Of a stretch of 28,410 nt of DNA, positions 1-8,206 are shown piece after piece (the stretch's first letter is position 1; every line of letters begins with the position of its first letter). The stretch is from a virus (lineage: Duplodnaviria > Caudoviricetes). The stretch spans positions 1 to 28,410 of IMG/VR virus record IMGVR_UViG_3300011339_000072, one strand, 5' to 3'. The position numbers were made by a program, and so were the translations under genes. The notes beneath the pieces are model-generated. The model did not search any database. It saw only the letters and a program-made list of their open reading frames with translations, and was not told the DNA's origin.

Positions 1-1
1 C

Positions 2-3000
2 ATTAAAGAAGTTACGGAAACCAACGTGCACGCCAATCTCGTGGAGCAATACGCCAAGGCCGTGGCCTTTACCAATGTTGTTAGCAAACAATACTGCACG
101 TTCATTTTCAGCAAAACCTTTGGCGTCCAAAGGAATCTTTTTTGCGTATTTGGGATTTTCTTTTATGAAAGCTTCAACACTGTTGTAGATTTTTACGTTG
201 CCGCGTGCGGTCACGTCGGTGCCCATGGCTTCGTCAAGCTCCGCCTTCAGGGTCTTGGCGTCTGTGCCTGTTGTTGACTCGCCTCGTGAGAAGTTAAAGT
301 CACCGCCAAAGTCAAAGCTACCTTGTGTCTTACCTTCACCTGCACGGCCTATGTCTGCTTCTTCACGATCAATTGAACCAAAGTCAAAGCGGTCAACAAT
401 TGTTTTAGCAGCAACAGGTTCAAACAATCGTTCAATACTCTTCTCAGACAGCGTGCCAGCACGCAACGGTTTGCCTTTGGCTTGGCCAGTGGAGCTTAGC
501 GTTGTTGCGGGTTTCTGTTTGCGTTTTGGTTTGCCCTCAATAAGCACGTCTGCCTGCGCTTCAATAGAAGCAATGGTTTGCAACACACCAACTTTTGCCT
601 GCGCGTTGATGACATCTTCTAATTCAGACTTAGGATCGTTAATGATTTTCTTAAGTTCAGCTTCAGTATCCGGGCCGGGAATACCTTCAGCCTCAAACAA
701 CAAATCAGCAATTTGGTCGCCGTATGTTTTAAATATCTGTTCCTTACGAGCAGTGCGCGTAAACGCGTCTTCTTCGCGCTCCATTGCTTCTGACGCTTCT
801 TTGCGCAAACGCTCTGCTTCTTTTTCAGCAGAAGTCTCAATGCGGTCGACTTTGCCTTCTTCACGCTTGATGCCTTCACCGCCCAGCTTGTCTTTCCAAA
901 ACTCTTCCATCTGTTGTTGGTCAGACTTAGCAACCTTGCCAAACTCTGTAGCTCGTTTCTCAGCAGCTTTAACAACGTCCTTCTGCGCCTTCATATTCTT
1001 TTCAGCTTGTCGGTACGCAAAAGGATACGAATTCGGATTGTCAAAAATGCTCTCCCCGCGCATGGCGGCAAGATTTGATTCTTGCATCTCCAAGTACTGG
1101 CGTTCAAATTTAACGTTGCTGTCAAGCATGGCTTGGACAACAACTGTTGCGCCATCAAACTCCCCATAACGTCTGAGCGTTAGTTTGGTTAAATCAAACG
1201 TCTGTGTTTTAACTTGCTTCTTGAGATCGTCAATGACATCTTTCTTTTCTTCGTACCGGAACAATTGGTACGTGGCCAACTCTGTGCGATTAGCGCCATC
1301 TTCTTGTGCTAACACTTCGTCAAAACGTTTTTTAATCTTGTCTAGTTCTGCCTGCTCTTTGTCAAGAGTCTTCGTAGCAGCTTCAAGGCTCTTGCTTACT
1401 TCGGCAATCTGTGGGTCAAGTAGTGCGGCGCGAGCAGCTTCCATATCACCACGAGCTTTAGCAATTCCTTTTTCTACAGCAGCTTGATATTCACTACGTT
1501 GTTTCTGAACAGCTTTCTCAGAGTTAATTAACGCTTTCTGTTCAGGGGATACAATTAAAGAGCCTTGCATAACATCTTTAAGCTGCTCAAGAACTTTACG
1601 CAATGGGGCTACACGATCGTCCAGTGCCTTTGCAGCCGCCCGAACATTTTCATTGGTGTCCTGCATAAACGCTAATAACTGATTGTCAGCATCTTGAAGA
1701 CGGCGTCCTTGAGCCAACAGTTGCACGGCTTCATCAAACTGCTGCTTATACTCCGTTAATTGTTTTGTATTAAAGGCTGTTACCAACCGCGAAGCGGTCT
1801 GTTCTTCTTTTCTGGTTAAAGGTTGACCTCTGCGATATTTTTCTAAAATGACTTTTTCTTCTGCAGTTGTGCCTGCTTCTGGCATACCTACAAATATTTT
1901 TGCCAACTGCTCATCAGTCCAACGGCTAGTGTCTTTCCAAAAGTATTGCGTATCTTGGACAATGCTGTCCATGCGGTCTTTGACTTTTTCAATAAACTGC
2001 AAACGTCTAGCCAATGTAGCTTTTTTGCCAAGACGTTGTTGTTCAGATTTAGCAAACAATGCCCGCGCTTTTTCAAGAGCCGCCCAAACAGGCTTGATGC
2101 GTGGAGAGTTAGCAAAGTTCTTTGGTGTTGCGCGGATGTAGCCAATATCTTTTTCCGTCTCAGGGAATAAAGCCTTCTGTCCTTCAGGCACAGTCTCAGT
2201 AGCGCGGATAGCGTCCTTGATGGCTTGAATGTCTACCTGCTTAACGTCGCGTCCTGCAACGATGGCGTCAACCACGGGCTCAACTTTGTCCAATAGATTG
2301 CGAGTAGCTTTGCCTGCGTCCATAATATCAACGGCAGCATTGAGCGCATCACGGGCACCGGGGCGCATACGCCCCATCTTAGACATCTTGTTGCGTACAA
2401 ACTCTGTACGGCGACGCAGTTCTCCGCCAAGCGTGGTGGCTGTCTCGCCGCGAGCTTCAGCAGTCTTCTTGGCTTCCTCCGAAGCAAACTGGACATTGAG
2501 CGGTTTGGCTTCTACTTTCTCAACTTTGCGCGGCGCTTCGTCTGTCAACTTGTTTCTGGCTGCAATGATGATTGCTCTGAAGTGTTTGATTTCAGCTTCG
2601 CTAATTTTAGAAACTTCATTTAAGCGGAGGTCTGCGGACGCAGTAGGAGTCCACTTCCAAAGAAACGGGGGCATCTTTTTAGACAGCTCCCGAATAGTGT
2701 CTTGGATAGCGGCGTTTGAACGCTTATCTAAATCGGCTGTAGCTGAACCTTCAACTATTGTAGTGATTTGGTCTTTTAACGCTTTTATTTTTGGCGTATC
2801 TATTTTTTTCCAACTACCACTGAACCCTTGTCCAGCCGGTGGTGGTGGTTTTATGTCGCTGTATTTACGTTCAGTAACAGCCGCACGCACAATCTTGTTT
2901 GCCCGCATTTGCGCAGGCTGAACAATCACGTTTTCGTATGTTGGCCGCTCAGTAATCTCAGCAACGGGCTTGGCTTTAGAACGCTCAATCCAGTTGTTAA

Positions 3001-5251
3001 AGGTATCATGAAGTTTAGACGCGGCAACGAGCGCTTCGTCTGTTGTCAGTGCAGGCTTGTTTAAAGCACGGCGGTGAATGGCAGCTTCTTGTAGAGCCGC
3101 TTTAATAAAATCAGCACGAGCGTCTTCTGCACGTTTAACCAAACCGGCTTCTGTATTTGCGCCAGTCATATCTCTGCCAAGCGTCTGCTCTGTCTTTACG
3201 CCAAGCGTTGCATCTTCTACTCTTGCCATGGCTTCTTGTTGCGCACGGCGAGCGTTGATAAGTTCACGAGCGTAAGACGCACGGGTGTCTTCTTCAGCAG
3301 GCCCGCGCTTCAACCCTTTGGTATCCGTACCGGCGGGTTTTTCTCGAACCATTGCGTTTAGCTGGTCGTTGGCAGCGCTGAGCTTTTGGAAAGCTTCCAT
3401 AGCCGCATCTCTATTGCCTTGACGTTTAAGCGCACGGTATTCGCTATCAGCCTTCTCCGCATTCTCAAGCAGTTGTTCAACTGTTCTGCGCACTGTAGAC
3501 GCTTCGCGTAGGGGCCTGAGGTTCTCACTTACCTTGACCGCAGACTGCCCTGACAAAGCTTGCTCAAACATTGGGTCAAGATAATCAAAGTTAGGCTCAG
3601 CCGTTCTCTTTTGCTCTTCAACTTGTTCTTCCGACGCACGCAACAAAGCAAACTGATCTTTTGGCGTAGTAAGTTTTTGTTGGTCAAGCGCCTGTTCTTG
3701 CGAACGTTGTTGCATAGCTGTCTTGGCTTCTGCGGCTATGCGAGATTTTAAAGAGTCGTAAATTTCTTCGCTGCGCAACAAAGGCTTGTTGTCCTTTGTC
3801 ATTGGAAGACCTTCTAGCGTAGGCCTTGTTTGTAAAAGCTGTTGTGCAGAAGCAAAGTCCTGCATCAAATAGTCTGTGTAGTCTTTAATAGCTTCCGACT
3901 TGTACTTGGGCGCGTAACTGGCCGCAGTATTCATCTGGTCATTGGCCAAAGCAATACGTTGATTGCCATACTCCGCAACTTGTTGTCGAGGAGTCAACTG
4001 CGCCGGTGGTCTTGGCGGTGTAGCAATCTGTTGCTCATACAACTCAGGCTCCAACGCTTTCTTCTGCTCTTCTGTCTCAGGATCCAGACCAAACGCGTAT
4101 TCTTGCGGTGTAAGCTTGGCAACACGCTCTTGCTCGGCCATCTGGCCAAGCATGCCTTTGGCTTTGTAGTAGTCGTCAGCCAACGGCTCAATTTCTTTAT
4201 TTAACTCTTTTATTTGTGCATTGATCTGCGTATTAAACGCTTTGTCCGCATCGTACGAGGGAGACGTTTTTTCAATCTTTTTAATCTGCGCAATTAGGTC
4301 TTGCTTTTGTTTAGCCAGTACGTCGTAGTCCTGCACAACTTTCTTAGCGTAGTCGGGCGATTCTTTAAACTTGCGCTCTTCTTCAAGGCGTTGCTCTTCT
4401 TCCGCACGAAGCTTTGCAAACTCTTCTTGTTGGGGTTTACCTGCACCTTTGGCACGACGACCAAGCGCTAAATCAAACAGGCCCTGCGCTAATCCACCGA
4501 CCGCGCCGCCATAAGCAGCAGACTCGCCAACGCCTTCAATGATTTCTTGGTCAGGCTTATAGATGCCTTTGGAGATTAAGTTTTGCGCAGCTTGAGACGC
4601 GGCTTCCTGTGCGGCTTCCTCACCACCAGCCATCAATGCCCGTTTGACATAGGATACAGCGCCATCTTTAATTGGTTCTGATATGCGTCCCAGAATACGG
4701 GCGGGGGCGAACATCTCGCTAATACCAACCACTGAACCCAAAGCTGTAGCGCCTGCACGTTGTTCGTCTGTTGCTCCGCCAGCTTCAGCACGAGTACGAG
4801 CTTCTCCGGCACCTGCGCCTGCACCAAGCGCACCCATACCAACACGGCCTGCCAAACCTAGTGGGCCAAGACCTAAGAACGGAATGATTGAACCGGTAGC
4901 TTCACCAAACTTGCGCCCAACAGTATCCTCATAGCCTGCGGAAGCTTCAAACGGTTTTTTGGCAGAACTGGCAAGACTTGCAATGCCAGCGCGAGCAGAT
5001 TTTTCGGTTTCTTCAGGGAGTAGCGCAGATGCGCCAATAGCCGCGCTTTCTACCAAATTGATAGCGCCGGGGGCTAGACCTTTAAAGAACTCTTTGGCTT
5101 GACCGCCAACCGTAACTTCTTTTTTCTCGGGTTCTTTGGTTTTAAAAGAATCTGGGAACTGGCGTTGCGCTCGCGCATAAGCTTCTTGAGGCGACTCCCC
5201 ATCCTTCATTAACAGCGAGTTTCCGTCTGGTAGGGGCAGGTATTGAGCCAT
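2..5251 (-). CDS. Giant putative ejection/large polyvalent protein (>=1750 aa, 3' end beyond the window) with a zincin-like metallopeptidase motif
   Basis: Manual translation from ATG at 5251 (MAQYLPLPDGNSLLMKDGESPQEAYARAQRQFP...) stays in the same frame to the window edge (...GLGVLLHEIGVHVGFRNFFN). Its absence from the ORF track fits having no stop in the window. It has a Gly/Ala-rich hydrophobic N-terminal part, long E/K/A-rich coiled-coil-like stretches, and HEIGVH at 26-43. It is the last gene of the putative ejection block. Confidence 0.85.
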   Translation of the reverse strand, partial: MAQYLPLPDGNSLLMKDGESPQEAYARAQRQFPDSFKTKEPEKKEVTVGGQAKEFFKGLAPGAINLVESAAIGASALLPEETEKSARAGIASLASSAKKPFEASAGYEDTVGRKFGEATGSIIPFLGLGPLGLAGRVGMGALGAGAGAGEARTRAEAGGATDEQRAGATALGSVVGISEMFAPARILGRISEPIKDGAVSYVKRALMAGGEEAAQEAASQAAQNLISKGIYKPDQEIIEGVGESAAYGGAVGGLAQGLFDLALGRRAKGAGKPQQEEFAKLRAEEEQRLEEERKFKESPDYAKKVVQDYDVLAKQKQDLIAQIKKIEKTSPSYDADKAFNTQINAQIKELNKEIEPLADDYYKAKGMLGQMAEQERVAKLTPQEYAFGLDPETEEQKKALEPELYEQQIATPPRPPAQLTPRQQVAEYGNQRIALANDQMNTAASYAPKYKSEAIKDYTDYLMQDFASAQQLLQTRPTLEGLPMTKDNKPLLRSEEIYDSLKSRIAAEAKTAMQQRSQEQALDQQKLTTPKDQFALLRASEEQVEEQKRTAEPNFDYLDPMFEQALSGQSAVKVSENLRPLREASTVRRTVEQLLENAEKADSEYRALKRQGNRDAAMEAFQKLSAANDQLNAMVREKPAGTDTKGLKRGPAEEDTRASYARELINARRAQQEAMARVEDATLGVKTEQTLGRDMTGANTEAGLVKRAEDARADFIKAALQEAAIHRRALNKPALTTDEALVAASKLHDTFNNWIERSKAKPVAEITERPTYENVIVQPAQMRANKIVRAAVTERKYSDIKPPPPAGQGFSGSWKKIDTPKIKALKDQITTIVEGSATADLDKRSNAAIQDTIRELSKKMPPFLWKWTPTASADLRLNEVSKISEAEIKHFRAIIIAARNKLTDEAPRKVEKVEAKPLNVQFASEEAKKTAEARGETATTLGGELRRRTEFVRNKMSKMGRMRPGARDALNAAVDIMDAGKATRNLLDKVEPVVDAIVAGRDVKQVDIQAIKDAIRATETVPEGQKALFPETEKDIGYIRATPKNFANSPRIKPVWAALEKARALFAKSEQQRLGKKATLARRLQFIEKVKDRMDSIVQDTQYFWKDTSRWTDEQLAKIFVGMPEAGTTAEEKVILEKYRRGQPLTRKEEQTASRLVTAFNTKQLTEYKQQFDEAVQLLAQGRRLQDADNQLLAFMQDTNENVRAAAKALDDRVAPLRKVLEQLKDVMQGSLIVSPEQKALINSEKAVQKQRSEYQAAVEKGIAKARGDMEAARAALLDPQIAEVSKSLEAATKTLDKEQAELDKIKKRFDEVLAQEDGANRTELATYQLFRYEEKKDVIDDLKKQVKTQTFDLTKLTLRRYGEFDGATVVVQAMLDSNVKFERQYLEMQESNLAAMRGESIFDNPNSYPFAYRQAEKNMKAQKDVVKAAEKRATEFGKVAKSDQQQMEEFWKDKLGGEGIKREEGKVDRIETSAEKEAERLRKEASEAMEREEDAFTRTARKEQIFKTYGDQIADLLFEAEGIPGPDTEAELKKIINDPKSELEDVINAQAKVGVLQTIASIEAQADVLIEGKPKRKQKPATTLSSTGQAKGKPLRAGTLSEKSIERLFEPVAAKTIVDRFDFGSIDREEADIGRAGEGKTQGSFDFGGDFNFSRGESTTGTDAKTLKAELDEAMGTDVTARGNVKIYNSVEAFIKENPKYAKKIPLDAKGFAENERAVLFANNIGKGHGLGVLLHEIGVHVGFRNFFN

Positions 5252-5317
5252 GGTGTTCCAAATTGTGCGGCTGTTGACAAATCTCCAATAAGGCCGAACT
5301 TACGGGAGGATGTAGCT

Positions 5318-5345
5318 ATTCTACTGACCTACAAGAACTTGTCCA
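5318..5345 (-). promoter_or_regulatory. Possible sigma70-type promoter for the giant ORF
   Basis: TGGACA (5345-5340), 16 nt spacer, TAGAAT (5323-5318), overlapping the upstream stop codon and preceding a 69 nt intergenic gap. Confidence 0.35.
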
Positions 5346-7096
5346 GTGGGTGTGCTTGTTGGTTTAAGCATGCGCTGCTTAATAATTGCATCAAACTGCG
5401 CCGCAAGGTCGGGGTTTGTGGCTTTGATTATCATTGGGTTTTTGAGATACGCTTGCAACTCAGCTTCAAACCCTTTAGCTTCTGGGCCAATAGACGCGTA
5501 GTTTTTATAGGACTCGGCAAACTTGGGATCCCTTGCCATGCGGTCAACAATCCTCTCAATACCGGAAGGCGCATTTACCTGCGCATTGGTACGCGCATTT
5601 GCGCTTGCAATTTCTGCTGCGGATTTATATAAGCCCGCAGACACTTCTGCACTCTTACCCGTGGCGTTAATAATTGCATCAATGCCGTGGCGCTTGGAAG
5701 CACGCAAATAGTCATTGGCTTTGTCTTCGTACATCTGCGTTTCTTTAAGATCGCCTTTAGCTTCTGCACGGCGAGCCTCCTCAATTGCCAACATACCTTT
5801 GTTGCGTTCTTTGGCAGATTTTTTAAATTCTTTAAGTGCATCACCGTAATCACCCAGACCAACCATAGCGCCCTTGGCAATGTTTGTAGCAGCGTTAGGA
5901 GATTCTCCAGCAGCCATGGCCAAGAAGCCCTTCATCAAAGACATCAAACCGGCCTTTTCTTTGTCAGTCGCGTCCTGCATTTCCTCGCCTTTGAGCAGCT
6001 TCTCGTAGCCCGCCATAGCAGGGCCTTGCGCTTTGTTAAACGCGGCTAGCTTCTCAGCACGGGCTTCTTTTTCGTTGAAGATGTCTTGACGGTCTTGAGC
6101 TTGCTGTTGCTCAAGCGTGCCTTTAATGCCCTTAAGATCAAAAAACTTATCGCCTAAATTCTGAGCATCTTTAATGGACGCCCCGCCTGTAGGCAAGTTA
6201 ATTTGAGGTGCAGGCGCAGTTGCTGGGGGTACTTTATTTGCCGCTGGCTTTGTGGCCGGATACCGATTAAGCATTGCGGCTTCTTCCGCATTTTTTGGCT
6301 CAGAAGGAGTTGTGTACCTAGCGTTTGTCTGTGCAAGCTTCTTAAGATTCTCTGTTGGGTCGTACGCCGTAGGTGCAGTGGGTGCAGTGGGTGCGGTAGG
6401 TGCAGTGGGTGCAGTAGGTGCAGTAGGTGCAACCATTGATGCTGAATCTTGTTTTTTATTACGTAACGGGCTTCCTTCTAACATTTGTTTCTGTTCTTCT
6501 TTTAGGTAGGAACTCTCTTGCGCAGCCTGAATCTTGCCCACAACGGCTTTTACGTCTGGGCTAAACTGCATTCTCGTGCCCATAGCCATTTCCGTGGCTT
6601 CCTGCTGGTATTTACTCAACAACTCAGGAGGAACGCCCGTGACAGACCCGGTCGCCCCGTTGTATCGAGCAACACCGCCCTCAGACATACGAACCACAGG
6701 CTCGCTTTGCTGAGCAAAGTTAAACATGCCGCCCATACCGCCCGTGGCCATACCTTCTTCATCGTCTGCGTATCCTGCAATACCGCCATCAGCCATGCTC
6801 TGCATATTGGGTGTGGGGATCTGTGCAATGCCTTGGTTCTCTGGAAGCTGTTGCTGAGCCATACCAGCAATGTTTTGATCTACAACAGTAGGCTGTTGGC
6901 CAACTTGTCCCTGCGCTGCCGTACGCAATTGTTTGCGGCGGTCTGATTCTGACTTTGCCAACGACAAAATGTACGGGTTGTTTTTATGCAACATTGCATA
7001 TTGCTGCAACGCGGAGTCCGGCTGTAAACCAGCCAACGTCTTTGTAATCAGGTTGACGTCAGGTGTGCCAATAGGCGTCTGTTGTGTGTAAGCCAT
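5321..7096 (-). CDS. Putative internal virion/DNA ejection protein (591 aa)
   Basis: Ala/Gln/Lys-rich, predicted helical, located downstream of the tail hub as P22 gp7/gp20/gp16 and T7 gp14-16 are. Three motifs MADGG, MATGG, MSEGG and an APT repeat linker. Confidence 0.65.
   Translation of the reverse strand: MAYTQQTPIGTPDVNLITKTLAGLQPDSALQQYAMLHKNNPYILSLAKSESDRRKQLRTAAQGQVGQQPTVVDQNIAGMAQQQLPENQGIAQIPTPNMQSMADGGIAGYADDEEGMATGGMGGMFNFAQQSEPVVRMSEGGVARYNGATGSVTGVPPELLSKYQQEATEMAMGTRMQFSPDVKAVVGKIQAAQESSYLKEEQKQMLEGSPLRNKKQDSASMVAPTAPTAPTAPTAPTAPTAPTAYDPTENLKKLAQTNARYTTPSEPKNAEEAAMLNRYPATKPAANKVPPATAPAPQINLPTGGASIKDAQNLGDKFFDLKGIKGTLEQQQAQDRQDIFNEKEARAEKLAAFNKAQGPAMAGYEKLLKGEEMQDATDKEKAGLMSLMKGFLAMAAGESPNAATNIAKGAMVGLGDYGDALKEFKKSAKERNKGMLAIEEARRAEAKGDLKETQMYEDKANDYLRASKRHGIDAIINATGKSAEVSAGLYKSAAEIASANARTNAQVNAPSGIERIVDRMARDPKFAESYKNYASIGPEAKGFEAELQAYLKNPMIIKATNPDLAAQFDAIIKQRMLKPTSTPTGQVLVGQ
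6365..6430 (-). repeat. 9-bp tandem repeat encoding (APT)x7
   Basis: Plus-strand units like ggtgcagta/ggtgcagtg; protein reads APTAPTAPTAPTAPTAPTAPTA. Confidence 0.95.
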
Positions 7097-7098
7097 GT

Positions 7099-8196
7099 TT
7101 AATCCTGACCCATTTGATAGATAGCCAAGTCAGCCAACCCAGAAGGACGGCGCTCCAAGTCGCCGGTAGCTCCACCAGCCGCACCAAACAACTTAGCACC
7201 AGTCAATGCCGCACCACCTAAACCAACCGCTTGAGAAATAGCTGACGGGGGTGTCTGGTACATAGAGCTTGATTGCTGAGTCAATGGCAGGCCGCGCAAA
7301 ATGTCAGACATGAAACCCATCTGTTTGTAAGGCGCGTTCTGGTAGTTCAGGAAGTCCTGATACTGATTGTTAAGAATGTTCTGCTGTTGCTGCTGTTGCT
7401 GCAAACCGTACTGGTTCTGCATCTGGTTGATGCCCATATTCTGCTGGTACTGCGTATTGCCCAACTGACCCAATGCGTTTGCACCAGTCAAAGCTGTTTG
7501 TAGACCTTGAAGTCCCAAGCCTGCGCCAAACTGACCTTGTTGTGCGTTTAGGTTAGCCGCCGCTTGTGTAGCGCCTTGTTCTTGGTTGAACTGCCCCATG
7601 CCTTGGGTGTACGCGGCTTGCTGGCCTTGGGCGTAAATATCTCCCAATTGACGGTTTAAGTTGCCCCTAGCCTGACCGCGCATCAGGTAGTCACCACTGC
7701 CACCAAACGCACCTGCGCGGGCGGCTTGCGCTCCTTGAGCCTGTTGTGCAATTTGGGATTGACGTACCGCATCTGCTTGTTGACGAGCAACAACTTCACC
7801 CATATAGGGGGACATGTAGCTTGCGGCCATGCCCGTACCGGGTGTGTATTTACCAGTAGCCTGATCGTAAGACCCTTGTGTGCCCCCAGTAAACGATTTA
7901 GTTTGGAATGGGTTGTATGTGTAGCCCGTATTGAGAGCACCCAGACCGGCAGAACCTGCCATAGCCGTTGCATCTTGCAACTGAGGGGCCCCCTGCATCA
8001 ATGCCGCATTGTCGTAGGAAAACTGTTGTAAAGGAGAGAACTGCGCTTGACGCTCACCCATGTACTGCTGATAGGGGGTCTGATAAGGGTCAGTGTAGCT
8101 TTGCGCTTGCCCCAGCAGGTTCTCGACGTACGGCTTAGCGTAGTCAGGGATTGAGGTCTGCGTCTGCGTTATCTGGGAAATTTGTGGATCAGCCAT
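7099..8196 (-). CDS. Putative DNA pilot/ejection protein, Gln/Gly-rich (365 aa)
   Basis: Very Q/G/A-rich, with AARAGAFGGSG and YMSPY segments and a hydrophobic C-terminal stretch (AISQAVGLGGAALTGAKLFG). AAGGA RBS upstream. Located in the ejection block. Confidence 0.65.
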   Translation of the reverse strand: MADPQISQITQTQTSIPDYAKPYVENLLGQAQSYTDPYQTPYQQYMGERQAQFSPLQQFSYDNAALMQGAPQLQDATAMAGSAGLGALNTGYTYNPFQTKSFTGGTQGSYDQATGKYTPGTGMAASYMSPYMGEVVARQQADAVRQSQIAQQAQGAQAARAGAFGGSGDYLMRGQARGNLNRQLGDIYAQGQQAAYTQGMGQFNQEQGATQAAANLNAQQGQFGAGLGLQGLQTALTGANALGQLGNTQYQQNMGINQMQNQYGLQQQQQQQNILNNQYQDFLNYQNAPYKQMGFMSDILRGLPLTQQSSSMYQTPPSAISQAVGLGGAALTGAKLFGAAGGATGDLERRPSGLADLAIYQMGQD

Positions 8197-8206
8197 GATC
8201 TATTCC

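Noticed and set aside
5274-5302. Plus-strand promoter at a perfect TTGACA
   Set aside because: No credible -10 element 16-18 nt downstream.
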